A stretch of DNA of 64,000 nt from positions 6,003,220 to 6,067,219 of the forward strand of contig MU054323.1 of assembly GCA_013239625.1 (NCBI GenBank), read 5' to 3'. Each line of letters begins with the position of its first letter. The first letter of the stretch is position 1. This document shows positions 49,706-63,756 of the stretch, one piece after another. The position numbers and the translations under genes were made by a program. The notes beneath the pieces were generated by a model. That model saw only the letters and a list, made by a program, of their open reading frames with translations. It made no database searches and was not told the origin of the DNA. This DNA comes from Lama guanicoe. Lineage: Eukaryota.

Positions 49706-50999
49706 CCAATGGAGAAAAATAAGTTAAGGAATATTGCCTGTGCCGTTTTAAATAAGGGGGTCAAGAAAGATGTCACTGAAGAGGCGTTTGAACAGAGACC
49801 TGAAGGACATCAGGGTGTAAGTGACTCAGATGCCCGGTCAGGAAACAGCCGGGGCTGGCAGGGCGGACAGAGGCAGCAGGGGAGCGGGGAGAAGACGTGG
49901 GTCCCCACGAGTGAGTGGTGCTGGGACCCTGGACGCTGCTGACAGTAAGCAGGGCCTGCTGCCCCTTACAGAGCCAGGCCAGCTCTGCCTCCATCAACAC
50001 AGCTTTCCTCCAAAGTTCTATTCTAGATGTCCAGTTACTTCTTCCTCTCCGTGTCTTCTGAGCCCTCCAGCCTCTCATCATCTCTTGATCTCAACCCCCT
50101 TTCACTGCTCAGCCCATCCTCCATGTCTCGCCCAGCCTTCCTTTCAGGGAAGACCCTAAACCCGGGCTTTATGGAACTCGCACTGAAAATACGCAATGCG
50201 CTGGGCCCTCTCAGATACTTGATCTCATCCTCGCAAGCCCGGGCAGGGGGGTGGGAGGCGGGTAGGTGTTATTATCCCATTTGACAGATGGGAAAACTCT
50301 TTCTGGGATTTTGCTCTTTTTGTAAAGCCAGCCTCCTCACAGATGCTCACTTGCCCCTCCATTTGAACTGGAATCAGGTTCTGCCAGTGGCCCAGCTTCC
50401 AGGGCAGCCAGTTCCAGGGGTCAGTGCTCTTCTTCCCACCCTGTCTGCATCTCTGGGCCCCGAAAACAAGACAGGACCCCCAGAACTTCCTTCAGACACT
50501 TCCTGTTGCCTCTGGTGGCACCTCTGTAGCCTTTCCCAGGGCAGACTCAGGAACCCCGCCCCATCCTGCTCTCCAAGTCTTGCTATCATTCTGGTCGCAC
50601 CAAGGGGACAAATGTCCAGCCCCAGCCTCCAGTCCAGAGAAGGCAGAGGAGAAGCTCCCTCTTCTTTCCCCATCCAGCCTTCCATCCAGTTCAGATTCCC
50701 CCTCCCCACTGGGCCACCTTTGCCGGCTCCAGCCCTCAGGGACATGTGGCCCACCCTGTCTCCTGCTGGCCTCTGCTCTTGCTGCATGTGTGTCTTGTCT
50801 TTCTAACCAGACTGAGGCTCTCTGGTGGACTCTGTTCCCATCTCCCAAGGCAAAGAGGAAGAGAAGAGGAAGAGAAGAGTTCAGTTCAGGAGTCTGGGGT
50901 TGGCTGAGGTTCTAGCCCCACCGTGGAACTGTACACTCCTCTATCCATGCGTCACAAGAACCCTCCGTCCCTGATGCTCAAGCCAGAAGCTGTAGAGTC

Positions 51000-52276
51000 A
51001 CGGTTGGGTCCCACATCCCACGATATCTGATCGGTTCCATGTTCAGTAGAGATGCCAGATCCAACTACTTCCCACCTCCTGCCCTGCGCCATCTCGTCCA
51101 GGCCACCTTCTCTCTCGTTGGGCTGTTGGTATTGCCTCCTGACTGGTCTTCCTGAGTCCACTCTTCCCACCCACAGTCAGTTCTCCACGCGGCAGCCTGG
51201 GAGATTCTTTTAAAACATAAGTATGATCATGTCCTTATCCTGCTCAAAAGCTTCCAGTGGTTCGCTATGTCACTTGGGAAAAAAATCCAGACTCCTTCCC
51301 TCGGCGACAAGGTTTGACCCCTGGCTGCTCCTTCGTTCTCATCTCCCACCCCTCAGTCCTGCTCATTGTGCCCCAGCCTCCCCGCGTTCTCTGCTGACCT
51401 TCTCGCATGTCGTGGGGGCCCCGACTCGAACACTGTCCTGGGTCCAGCTGTCTGCACGGGAGGGTCCAGTGCTCAGCCCAAATGGCATTTCATCAGGAAG
51501 GCCTCCCCTGACCAAGCTCTCTGAAGTCATACCTGTCCTGGCAGGGTCTGGGCAAGAGACAGATGGCACACTCGAAGGGGGCAACTGGATGGAGACTGCT
51601 TAATGAAGGGTCTACTTACTGAAGTATGCTTCAGGTTAGGAATGTTTAGGAACGAAGCACCCCAGGGTGAGCACAGCAGGAAGCAGGTGCCATCTTTAGG
51701 CCTGAGGAGGGCAGGAAGGAGAATGTGGTTATCAGGGGGAAAGCTCAGCTGTAGGAGGGGCCGTGCCCGCGAGCTGTGGCCGTCAGCACAGGAACGCAGC
51801 TGCTCTCAACCTCAGCCCACAGGAGCAGCCAGAGCAGACAGCCCCACCTCTCCCTGGCCTCCCATCTCCTGTGGCCAAACCCACCCAGGAGCCAACGGAC
51901 AAGGGAGCCCAGGATGCACTCCCCAGAGGTCACCCTCCCCAACAGAGCAGGGTGGACGGAGAAGGGAGGAGTGGACCTGGACGAGGTAAAACTGAGCATA
52001 CCCAGCACTGCCCCCATTACTCTGAAGCCCTACCCTGCTTCATTTTTTTAAGAACACTCATTACTACCAATCATCACTATCATTAACACTGAAAAGTATT
52101 ATATATTTAATCACCTTGCTTTATTTTTGTCTCCAAACTCCACTAGACCCGTGAAGGTGGGGATGGGGTCCCTGGCAGGTTTTGTTTGTTTTCCAGTTCT
52201 GTCTCCCAGGTACCTAGAGAAATGCTGTCCTGTGGCAGGAGCTTAGCAAGTATTTCGTGAATGAATGATTGAATGA
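51000..52276 (+). mobile_element. L2 3' region interrupted by an LTR (parts ~51000-51533 and ~52009-52276)
   Basis: TATTGCCTCCTGACTGGTCTTCCTG...TTTTAAAACATAAGTATGATCATGTC...CTGCTCAAAAGCTTCCAGTGG, ending AAGTATTTCGTGAATGAATGATTGAATGA. Confidence 0.75.
51534..52008 (-). mobile_element. ERVL-class solo LTR (LTR33-like)
   Basis: TGTCCTGGCAGGGTC...ACAGATGGCACACTC...TTAATGAAGGG start, and CAGAGCAGGGTGGA...GAGTGGACCTGGA...CCAGCAC end. Confidence 0.6.
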
Positions 52277-55200
52277 GGCTGGTATTATTGTCCCATTTTA
52301 TAGCTGGAAAGGCCAAGACTCAGAAACATAATCCATCGGGGTCCCTGGGGGGAGCTGCAGGAGCCACGCCCAGGTCCTCTGACCCCCGGGGCATGGTCCC
52401 TTCACCACACCCCAGAGCAGAGTTACAGTTGCCAAGAAGGTTCTCTAGTACTTTGGAAACCACTGTGGGTACAAGTGGCCCCCAGAGTGTCAGTCCTGGC
52501 TCCTCTGCATCCATGGACTTTGCACAACATCTCTGACCCCGTGTGGGTTTATTCAGAGTCTAGCATGGCTTGAGATCCTGTTAGGCCTTGATACAACTAG
52601 CAGAAAAGTCCAAGTATTTTTCTTGATCCTTTGTCCTTGCAGCTGGCATGTTTTCAGCCTCCTGATGGTCCGTGCTTGGGGAAGATACCTACCCCTTCTC
52701 CCACTCCTGCCGTTGATTTCAGAGCCATTGGGAGCTTGCAGAGAAGGTCGTGCTCTTGGCCCACATGCCCAGAGGCCTCTCTCAAGTGCGTTCTGCTCTG
52801 AGAGAAGCCAGGCTGCATCTAACGGCAGGTGGGTGTGTGCCGAGCACCCAGGCAGCCGCGGAGCATCTGCGCAAGATCCCCAGGCGTGGTGGGAAGGAAC
52901 GTCACTGATGCTGCAACTTGCGTGGTCCTCCCACCCAGCCTCGCGTCTCCTCCTTGGAGAAAACCCCTTATTCCAGTCTAGGTGGCTTCATATGCACAGG
53001 CATTGGCGCATTTGCAGCAAGTGCTTATGTGCTGTTGGGGTCACTACGTGGATGCAGCTGGCGCTGAGGGTTTTGGGTTTAAATGCAGTGGCCGAGTCAG
53101 TCTGGCTCAGCTGCACTGGCCTTTAGCAGAGCAATGTCACCATCCCCTCCTTCAGCTGCTGCTACTCATTTTTGTCCCCTGGCAGCAAACGTTCCACCCT
53201 GGCTCTGGCTCCAGGGCCCCCAGGACCCGCCTCTGCTTTTCTTTTGGGAACTGGGCTCACTGTGGACTCTGGTCTTCCAGCCCAGTGGCCTCGATTCTTC
53301 CTCATGAGGGATCCCAGGGACAGTCCCCTCGGAGCTCATGAGAAAGACCTCGCTGGGCCTGTGGGTCACTGGGGGACCTCTGTGCTCCTGTCCACTGCCT
53401 CCTCCCGCCAGGCCTACTCCCGCCCTGCCTCCACACGCAGCACATCTGCAGGGTTAGGCTGCCCCCCTGCAGTCCCACCAGGCTGCCCCACTGAGCCTCT
53501 GCCCCCGGCAGCTCCTCGGAGCCTTTCTTTAGTGACTCAGCTTCCCTTCTTCTGTTGAGTTCTACACAAAGTTCACACCCAGCCTGGCTACATCATATTC
53601 TTTAACTCTGTGACAGGAGGGCTCCGGAGGTTGGTGGGGACAGAGGGAAAAAAATGAAAGGAGGGAAAACAAAACATGGCAACAAACATTAGAGTGAGAG
53701 ATTGGCCAAGTATCTGAATATCGTCCTCGCCACACTCCATTCCACCAAATAAAGAAAATAGAGGCGCCTTCAGGCTTTTTTTAAATCAAGATTTTATTAA
53801 AAAGAAACATTGTTTCAATCACCAAGCAAACAATTCACAAAGACATTTTCTGGAATAATGAGAATCATAAAAGCTATCATTTTGGAGGGGCTAAATCCAT
53901 GCCAGGCCCTGAGCTGTGGGTTTGGCCATCCATCCTTCTTGCCCACCCCATGAACCGTAAGATTGACACCATCCCCTTTCTACAGATCAGGAAACAGGTT
54001 TGGAGAAGTCTGGCGACCCGTCCAGGACACAGAGCATGGGAAAGGTGGTTCTGTGGCTCGTATCAAGTCTGGGTGGCTCTGGTACTGTCCTCAGTGTCAT
54101 TCAGTACGGAGCACCACCCAGACCAAGGCAGGTGGCCAGAGGCCACGCCAGAGCTTCCTTGGGCCCCAGCCCCAGCCAGAAGCTGTTCTGACTTCCAAAG
54201 CTAAGGAGCATCCCAGGGGGACCCCTACGTTTGGTTTCTGTTTCCCATTTCAGAGCTTTGTCTCTGGGTTAGAGCTGTGACCACATCACAGTATGTTTGC
54301 CCAGCCCAGCTGGAATCGTAAGCTGGTGAAATAGAAATATCCTTGTGAAAATAGGAACACACTTTTATTTACCAAAGGTACACGAAACCTTTCACTGGTC
54401 TGAAGGGTTTCCATTTTTCTGCCTTTCGTCTCCTCCTCTCAGCTCACTTTGATTGCCCATAACATTAACCTTCAGAAAGAAACGAAAGTAAACCACCTGG
54501 CAAATCCAAGTATCTGATTTCTGCATCCCCTTCAGGCAAGGCAGCGGCACCTGCCACAGACCCTTTCGGGACCTACCAGGGAGGCCTCCGTGAGCGTCCC
54601 ACCCACCCCACACCTGCCCCTCGTCCTCTTGGGGGAAGGGAGTTCCTTGCTGGCTTTTGGTCATTGTGAAGCTCTCATACATAACAATTCACTTAGCTTT
54701 CCCTCTGTCCAGCTGGCCTTGGCAAGGCTCAGCCGCAGCTCCGTGCTCTTGGCTCTGTAATGGGAAAAAAAGGAAGGAGAATGCATTCCATGCAGGACTT
54801 GTTTTTTGCGGTCAGTATTATTTTCAGGGCTGTTGTGTTAATAAGGAAAGGCTGTTTCTTGGAAAATATCACCTTCAAGTACTGTTACTCTTTTTCAGGT
54901 TATATAAAAGGGCATTAGGCAAACACTTGGAAATTCAGCAGCTTCCTTTCTTGGGAGCGCACACGCTGGGTGGACAGGCTACAATGCGCCTTTGGCAGCA
55001 GCCATGCCGAATAGAAATAGGCAGCAGTTACCTTCCTGATCAGCCTTCAGCCTGGATGCTATCAGCAATACTAAAGGTTACAGCTTTTTCTGTGATACAT
55101 TGCTTCTTCGCAGAGTGTTAAAGATGTTTTGAATCTATTTTTTAGGAATCTTGAAACCACCAGTGGAACATTTTTGATGTTGTAGGTAATGTGTAAAGCA

Positions 55201-55582
55201 GCAGCTTGGGAAGGCTGGGCGGGGAGAGGTACCCGAGGGTGTTGGAAGCACAAAAAACACTGCCTGTTATAGTTTGAATGGTTAGGAAGCAAGCAAGGTG
55301 GGGCATATGCTGAGATGTGGGAGCACAGGTGGCTGGGAAGTGGCATTATTTCTTTTATCTGGGATGGAGAAGAGGCAGACAGACCCCGCCTCTCCTGGGA
55401 ATGGACAGTATTTATCAGAAAGGAAGAGCTGGAGGAAAAGTCCTGTAATCACAGAAGGAATTTTCAAGCCCTGCTTAGCATTCTTATTGTTTTGGCTTTT
55501 TTGCTGCCTGGACTCTCCCTCCCCAGAGGACAGATTCATATGAAAATTGCAACAAGAAGTGATATCATTGTGGAAGTTGTAG

Positions 55583-56075
55583 TAGATGGTAAATTTTATG
55601 TGTCAACTTGACTTGACCAAGCTGAGGGCCAAGATATTTGGTCAAATGTAATTCTGGGTGTGTCTGTGAGGCTCTTTCTGGGTGAGATCAACATTTGAAT
55701 CAGTGGAGCCAGTAAAGCAGATCCCTAATGTGGTGGGCCTCGTCTAATCAGTTGAATGTCTGAATGGAACAGAAAGGCTGACCCTTCTATGAATAAAAGG
55801 GAACTCTTCATGCGTGACTGTTTGAGCTGGGACATTGGGGTTTTTCCCTGCTTTCAGAGTCAAACTGAAACATCGGCTCTTCTTAGGCCTCGAGCCTGCC
55901 AGCTTTTGGACGAGAACACACACCATTGGTTCTCCTGGGTGTCCAGCCTACCAGCTGCAGATTTTGGGACTTCTCAGCCTCCATCATCACTTGAGCCAAT
56001 TCCTTATAAATAAACCTTATAACGTATATCTCCTGTTCGTTCTATTTCTCTGGAGAACCTTGAGTGACTAATACA
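55583..56075 (+). mobile_element. ERVL solo LTR (MLT2-like)
   Basis: GATGGTAAATTTTATGTGTCAACTTGAC...GAGATCAACATTTGAATCAGTGGA...GGACTTCTCAGCCTCCAT...TTTCTCTGGAGAACC...GACTAATACA. Confidence 0.88.
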
Positions 56076-57344
56076 GATGGCATTAGTAAAGTAGGGACTG
56101 AAACATTACAATCGTTCCTGAATCTATAACCTGACCAGATCAGCTGTGTCCTCTATAAGAGACAAGGGTCACTGAATCCCCAAAGTGCGCAGAATGTGGC
56201 CAGTGGCTCCAGAAAGCTCTCTGGCCACACCTCTCTGCTGAGAAAATCAGAAGCCACGAATTAGGAAATAGGAGAAGGTAATGTGAGGGAGAGGGAAATG
56301 GGCACAGCCCTGGGCTCACCTGCCTCGCTCACCTGGCGCCTTCTGGCTCCTCCCACCCAGAATGCCCCTTAGAAGAGTAGAGGACTCAAGCAGAGTGGGC
56401 CTGATACCCAGCTCCTCGTCCCCCGCTCCCAGCCTGCCTGAGCCTCCTGATGGCAGGTTTAGCGCATGGATCTGCTGAGCTCCGGGAAGTAAAAGCTAAC
56501 ATTATCCCAGTGCTGCAGACGCCCTTTGACTGTGACTGAGACCCAGGTCCGTGCAAGAGTCCCTCTCACCCCTCAGAACTGCTTTGGTGGAAAAACAGAA
56601 AACCCTCTGGCAACCTCAGCAGCTGCCCTCTCACCCACTGCATCTCCCCAGGCGGCCATTGGCCACAGAGAGGTCCTGATTCCCTTCTACCTGCACAGCC
56701 TCTGTTTTTGCCCAGTCGTCAGGGCCCTGGGGCTGCTGGGAGGGGCAGGAAGGGGCTGCAGGGCACAGCCCTGGACTGGAAACTGAGAGGAGCTGAGAGT
56801 CCTACCCAAGAGACTGGCTATCACCTGGCGTCCACACCTAATGGACAGCTATGGTCTGGGGCGTTCATTTATGGGGTCCATATGGGATGCGGGCTCCAGC
56901 TGGTACAGAGACTATCACCCACCCAGGCACTATTACCAAGAATGACAATAATGCCAAGCTTTATAGCTCAGCAGTAAAGCAGACAGGTGTTCTAACCAGA
57001 CCCAGCTTCACACCTCAACTCCTCTTTGTTAGCTATGTAACTCTGAGCCCTCTGAGGCTCACCTGCAAACCTAGTTATGAGGCATAGATAAGATTATGTA
57101 GTAAAGTGTTTAGTTCTGTGCTTAGTAAAGTTGGTGCCCAATAAAATATTGTTATCATTTTCCTATTAAATCATCAGCACTTTTTACCAGGTATATTAAT
57201 ACCCACAAGATGACATGCGATTTTAGAGTGTTGGCAAATAACATCATCCCATGAAAATGATCAAAATGAGTCTCAGTGACCCAATGGAGTGTTTTAACTG
57301 GGGGAAACCCAAGAGAAGCTATATGAAGTTACTATTTCATTTAT

Positions 57345-57850
57345 ACTCTCATTCATTCATTCAACAAAAGTTTACTGTGCCAACCATGTCCAAGTCCAGG
57401 CCCTCAAGGAGCTCACAGCCTGGTAGAGGAAGCAGATGATACTCTGTGAGGAATCCCAAGATCAACATCCCTGAGCCCCATTACAGCTCAGAGGAGGAAG
57501 AGACACCCCAGACTTGGGCACAGGGAGTGGTCAGGGAAGGCTTCCTAAAGAGATAATGCCGGTGCTGAAGTTTAAGTTCCAGTTAGGCAAGCAAAGAGGT
57601 GGTGGCAGAGCTGGACTATAAGTGCAAAGCCAGAGAGACAAGAAGGAGAAGGGGTAAGACTGAGAGGGAGGATGTAAGAGTATGTGAGGAGCGTGGTAAA
57701 GCATGAGGCTGGAGACCAGAGAGGGGTCTGGTCCTGGAGGGACTCATCGGCTACATGGCTGGGCTTGAGCTTTGACCTGAAGACAGCGGAAGGCCCCTGG
57801 GGATTTTGAAGCAGGAGTGGCATGGCCAGGTTTGCATTTTCTGAAAGCAT
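57345..57850 (-). mobile_element. L2 3' region (antisense)
   Basis: CATTCATTCATTCAACAAAAG...CCCTCAAGGAGCTCACAGCC...TCAGGGAAGGCTTCCT...GATTTTGAAGCAGGAGTGGCATGG...TTTGCATTTT. Confidence 0.7.
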
Positions 57851-58081
57851 AGGAGGGGCCTGCTAGGTAGCCCGCCTTGGAAAGTTACAGCCTAGAATGT
57901 AGCAGTGATGCTTCCTTGTAAGAACATCACAGGGACCCCCTCCCACTAGGAGAACCCTTCAGGCCAGGATGTAGCCAGGCCTTCACTGGAGATGCAGCAC
58001 ACACCCTGCACAAGTGGCAGATCCCCTCTCACAATGCCCACTAGTCCTTGTGGGGCTTTTATGCAATTTCAGTAAGGTGAT

Positions 58082-58472
58082 TTACTAGTCAGAGTTCTCT
58101 GAATAAACCAATAGAATGTGTACATGTAGTGAATATTTATTTTAAGGAACTGGCTTGTGTAATTATGGGAGCTAAGTCCAAAATCTGCAGGAGGGCCATC
58201 AGGCTGGAGACCCAGGGAAGAGTCGACGTTCACATCCAAAGGCGGTCTGCTGGCAGAATTCCCTCTTGTTCGGGGAGGTCAGTCTTTTGTTCCTTCAGTG
58301 GATTGGATGAGACCCACCTACATTAGAGAGGGCTATCTGAACACTCAAAATCCACTGATTTAAATGTTAATCTCATCTAAAAACACCCTCACAGAAACAT
58401 CCAGAATAACGTATGACCAAACTTCTGGGTACTGTGGCCCAGCCAAATTGACACACAACATTAACCATCCCA
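58082..58472 (-). mobile_element. ERVL solo LTR (MLT2D-like), antisense
   Basis: TAGTCAGAGTTCTC...ATTTATTTTAAGGAACTGGCT...AAGTCCAAAATCTGCAG...CTGATTTAAATGTTAATCTCATC...AAATTGACACACAACATTAACCATC. Confidence 0.88.
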
Positions 58473-59464
58473 GGCGCACCCCACCGCCAACGTGGACACA
58501 TGGCTTAGCAAGGAGAGAATGGCGCCGCACAACCACATACATGCCACAGCTCAGCCACACCAGATGTGCTCTCAGGTCCCTGCTCTCCGACAAACTACCT
58601 GCTACCCAGCTGTCCCTGGACAAAACCTGTGGCTTCCGGGAGCAGCCAAACATGTGCAGCAGGGAAGAGGGGCCTCTCTTTTGCAGGTGGCAGATTCCAG
58701 CCAGAGCCCCTGTTCCTCGGTCCCTAGACTTGGTGACTGCCCCTCTGCTCACGCCCTGCTAAAAGGGAGAAGAGAATGTGAATGACATGCTTTAAAATAA
58801 TGGATCTGTGATTGTCCCCGCTGCAGGTGAGGCTCTGAGCCTATTATGTCCCACTCGGGGCATCTCCAGGGCTGCACTGAGAGCTAGGGCTCACTTCTCC
58901 TGAAATGTAAGTGCCTGGTCCCAGCCTGGGCCAGTAGGCTATTTTGAGGGTGATGAGTACTCTAAGAGGGGTCTAGGGCCTCAGCATGACTGGGGCATAG
59001 AGAGAAATGGATCTGGGAAATGGGTCCACTCAATGGAAAAGCCTTGGCTGTGGCTCTTCTTGAAATCCAAGCATCCCAAGTGACAGGAGTCCTGACACTG
59101 ATTTTAGAAAACCAGGTCCCAGGGACCTGGAAGCGGACCATAGTCTGTGATGACAGAAGAGATTATGGTCTAAAATTATGAACTGATCGCCGAGTCGCAG
59201 AACGCAGAGGGGAAGCCTCCTCCCCTCTGGCAAAAAATCAATGCCTAGTGTCAGGACTCTCTATTGACAGCTTGATTAGAAAGAACTCAAAACTCACTTC
59301 ACCCTGGAATCATACCAGGAAGAGAGAGATGGAGGCATTTCTGGGGCCTTGAAGCCAGCAACTGCACTAAACGCAGACCACCCCGCCCCACCTTCTCAGA
59401 GCATCCTGGTGAAGCATGCGGTAGCTCGGCCACACCCAATGTGCTCACAGATCCCTATTAAGAC

Positions 59465-60430
59465 TTCATTCACCCCTCAAATCGTTACTGAGCACCTACT
59501 ATGTGCCGGACCCTATCCTGGCAATAAGACACAGTCTCAACGTCCAAGAATTCATGATCTGTTGGGAAACAGATGAGCAAATAGGAATTATAATCCAGGA
59601 GCACACGGGGGCTCCATCCCCAGAGGTGATGCGTGTGGCCCGGCTGGGGAAGAGGGCTATTCAGGGAAGGCTTCTCTGAGGAGGTGATGCCCAAGCTGAG
59701 TCTTCAAGGGTAGGATGGAGTGAGCCCTGGTGAAGGGGAGCCCAGTGGACACACGGAGGGGAAGGTTTGGGCCACGGCATGGAGAGAAGAAGCAGCAGAC
59801 TTCCAGGGAGTGCTGGTGAGAATGAAGTGCCAGGGCAGGAGGGGCAAGAGATGGGGCCAGGGATACCAGGGGGCTTTGAGGACTACATCAGGGAGTTTGG
59901 ACTTGACCCCTTAGACTACGGACTGCAGGGTTTTAGAGGGGAGAGTGATGTGATCATATTTACATTATAGAAAACTATCTGGCTGCAACAGAGGATCAGA
60001 GTAGGGCAGACCCCACAGTGACAGGACGGCCAGGTGGAAGGCAGGAGTGGGAGGCAGGGAGACAGGGCTGCTGGGGAAATACTGAGACGAGCATCAGCAA
60101 GGCTGCTGGTGGGTGGAGAGTGTGGTGGCAGGGAGCTGGGCTGTGAAAGCTGAGGCCCTGTTCTCACCTTGGTGACAGGGTGTAGGGGAACCAGCTCAGG
60201 GACTGAGCACACAACCATGAGAGCAGATCCGGGCTGGGGAGGAAGACATTGGGAATCCAGTGAGGACACACTGAGTGTGAGGTGCAGGTAGCACATCCAG
60301 GCGGAGATGTGCAGGAGGCATCTGAATATGTGGGGTCTGGAATTCAAAGTGGCAAAGATGTGGCAGTCAGGCGATCATGAGAAGAACATTACAGAACCCT
60401 GAGAAACACCAGCAGTTAAAGAGAGGAGGC
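59465..60430 (-). mobile_element. L2 3' region (antisense), degenerate
   Basis: TTACTGAGCACCTACTATGTGCC...TCAGGGAAGGCTTCTCTGAGGAGGTGATG...GGGAGTTTGGACTT...CATCCAGGCGGAGATGTGCAGGAGGCA. Confidence 0.75.
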
Positions 60431-61539
60431 CAAGCCCACAGAGATGGACGTCAAGGCCAGCGTGCCATGCATGATGAGAACTACCACGTGGGCAAGGCTG
60501 CGTGGTCCTGATCATGGGACCAGCGGGCAGGGAGCTACTGGGATGCTGTTTTAATGGTGTTCAGCCCGGTAGCCAGAGGCACAAGCCTCACTGCAGGGAC
60601 AGCCTTGGAGGAAGGACCAGGGTGCTCCAAGCCCCAGTCCCCTAGTGGGGAAGAACCAGCATTTGCCTGTGCAGGAGGTTGGTCCTGCAGAGCAGCTGAT
60701 GCAGGGCTCTCCGACCTCTCCCAGCAGCAGCAGCAGCTGAGGCACGGGATCTGCAGCCCGGAGCCCCAGGCCCTGCCTCAGCCCGCCTGAGTGAGACTGC
60801 CCAGGGCAGAGAATGGGAAAGGCCCCCAGGCTAAAACATGCTGCTGTTTCCCAACTGCCCAGTTTTTAAATGTGGCCCGGAGCAGGGAAGGGTCTTGTCC
60901 GCGTGGCCCAGAGCCCAGGCCTCCCGACTCCCAGGCCACTGCCCTCCTGCAGAAGCTTGGGAAAGGTCGTGTCTAGAGCATCTGGGGGAAGAGGAGTGTG
61001 CGTGGCCCTGGTGCTGACGGGAAGGACTCCTCCAGGCCAGCAAATGGGCAACCCAGAAAGATGTGAAAATGCTGAGCGCCCCAGGAGAACAAGGGGAGCA
61101 CTCATATGTTTTAAAATAGAAGCCGCCAAAAAATGTGCAACAGAAGGTCACCCCCTGCCTTTGGGGAGGGCTCACCAGACAAGCTGCCTGATGCACATTT
61201 GTAACAGGCCCTGGGCGGGGTGTGGGAGGCGGATGGGGGTGAGGAGGGGGTAAATTATACCCTCCTCCCCTTCATCCTGAAATTTCGGCAGCCTCCTTCT
61301 GCCTGACGCTCAAAGTGAGCCCAGAATGACGTCGCTCTGAGATGGTTAAATGCAGCTCTGGGGATCCAGGGCCCCAGCATGAGGGGGGCCACCACACTTC
61401 CCCCGAGGCTTGAGGCTCAGCAGAGTCGGGTTGACTGGGGGAGGTGGGAGCACATGTCAGAGCAAAGGGGGAGATGGCGTTGGTGCCTGCCAACTGCTGC
61501 TCTTTGTACCCTGGCATGTGAACACGTGGGAGGTGCATG

Positions 61540-61888
61540 TGTATCTTAGCTCAGGCAGCCGTAACGAAATCTAACCTGGGTGGCTTGTGAACAGCAGGCA
61601 TTGATTTCTTGCGGTTCTGGAGGCTGGAAGTCCGAGATCAGGGTGCCAGCACGATCAGGTGCTGGTAAGGACCCTCTTGCAATATGCCGACTTTTCCATG
61701 TGCACCCCCCCCCCCACAGGGAGAGCAGAGAGGAAGGAGGCAAGTGCTCTTGTCTTCTTCTAAGGGCACTGGTCCCTTTCATAAGGGCCCCACCCTCACG
61801 ACCTCCCAAAGGCCCACCTCCTAATACCATCACGCAAGGGTTAGGATCTCAGCATATGAACTCTGGAGGGATACACACTCAGTCACAG
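61540..61888 (-). mobile_element. MaLR solo LTR (MLT1A-like)
   Basis: TGTATCTTAGCTCAGGCAGCCGTAAC...GTTCTGGAGGCTGGAAGTCCGAGATCAGGGTGCCAGCA...CCTCCCAAAGGCCCACCTCCTAATACCATCAC. Confidence 0.85.
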
Positions 61889-63756
61889 TGTTTGAGGACA
61901 CTTGCGACTACTGCTGCAATAGGAAATGCTTATTATGCACAAGCACTTGTGTGTGTAAATGAGGCCAAAACAGCAGCCCCTTCCGTGAGCACCTTGTGCG
62001 AGGAGTCAACCAGGCACTTCCCATGCACGTCCTGACTTGGACCCCTCCTCAGACCTGGGAAGAACAGGGTATCTCCTTGTACAGGTAGAGAAACTGAGGC
62101 TTAGGACATTCAGTCCTTACCAGGGGGACTTGGGTAATGAAGGAACAGGGACCCTAAACCCCTCACTCTGGATGCCCTGATGTTCTGACCCCAAAGGCAT
62201 CATGCTACCTGTGCCCAGAAGGGCACATCGTCCCCTGCTCTCATCCCCACCACGCCCCTCCTCCTGTCGCTCAGGACTCAGCCTCTTCCTCCAGGCAGCT
62301 TTCCTGGACCCACATGGCTAGGTAGGTGCCCCGCTCTGTCACAGCATTTGATCTCTCCAGGTTGCACCTGTTTCCTTGCCTGCCTCTCTGACCATCTGAT
62401 CTGCTGGAGGGCAGAATCCTTATTCTACTCAAACCACAAAGGATGAACAAATGGTGGTCCCAGGAGATGGAGGACGGTAAACTCCAGCTCAGGCCCCTGG
62501 ACCTGGCCATCTGCTTCCAGACCCTCGGGCACCACGCTCCAGCATGGGCTTACCCTCTCAGCCCTAACTTCAGTGTGTGGCTTCCTCAAACTGGAGCACC
62601 TCCCGCTTTCAGGGCCCAGCTTCAGGCCTCATCCTTCTACTGGGCAGGCCTTCCCAATGCTACGTGAGTGCCGGACAAGAAGCCAGCCTTCCGCATGGAG
62701 GATAGCAAGACAGCATCTACACACAGCACCCTTGTGTGCTTGGCTCGGATCTAAGTCCTTTGCACTTATTAATTTGTAATCCTATAGTGAAGGTCTGGAC
62801 TTTTCTCTATTTTAGGGGTGAGGAAAGGAGGGTACGGGGAGGTCCACCAGCTTGCCCAGCTCACCCCACTTGTTAAGTAGCAGGACTTGCATGTGAACCA
62901 GGCCGCCCAGCTCTAACCACCACATACAGTGAGAAACTCCCTCCTGCCCTGAGGAGTTCAGCGTCTGCTAGAGGAGACAGGCTTCTGCTGTCACAGTAGG
63001 CCCCGGTGCAGAGGAGGAAGCCATCCCACACAGATCTCAGGCCTCAGACAGAGCGTCAGAGGTAATGGGGTAGCCTGGAATGTGCTAGAACATCCATCCC
63101 TCCCTCCCTGGAGAACTGGCAGTTGCCAGGTTCCAAGGGGCCTGCCCAGTGGGACTTGGAGGCCTTCGTGGCCCCTCGGTGCTAGCCTGTGCCCTGCGGG
63201 AGGGACGGGCCCTGGCAGCCCTGCGCCCAGGTTTACACCGCAGTGGCCGGAGGACGATGCACTGTCTGGGGCCAGTCTGTTTGCCTGCCCCTCGTAGAGG
63301 GAACGGGCTGTTTTCTCCCTCCTGTAATTGTTACCATCTGTCTCCCTTCATCGTGTTTATTGATGTTTTCTTGTTTTAAAGCTGAAATGAGTCAGATTGG
63401 AAGCTGATTTAGGAAAAAGTGTCTGAGAGGGAAGCTCAAAGTGGCCATGGGGGACTCTGTGCTTCAGGGCCACTGGAGGGAAAAAAGAGTCCATGGGGCA
63501 AACAGGGGGTGTCTGCCAGCGTCACCTGCCCTGTGGGGGCTGGAGCCCCGCTGCAGCCCGAGCAGGCTGGGGCTGTGTGGGTCTGTGCTGGAGTGTGGAA
63601 GCCATGTGTGGGGGCTTGGTGTGTGAGCAGGCAAGTGTGTGTGCATGCACACTTGTGCACCCACGTGAACATTCAGCGGCCATTCTATCAGGGATTTTAA
63701 GTCAGTACCTTGTGCGTCCCCCTTCCTATCCCCATTCACTAGGCTCTTGATTCCTT

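Noticed and set aside
50505..50522. CTCF-like motif (TGCCTCTGGTGGCA); similar partial matches near 14263, 26551 and 53460
   Set aside because: Each deviates from the core spacing and cannot be supported without PWM scoring or ChIP data.
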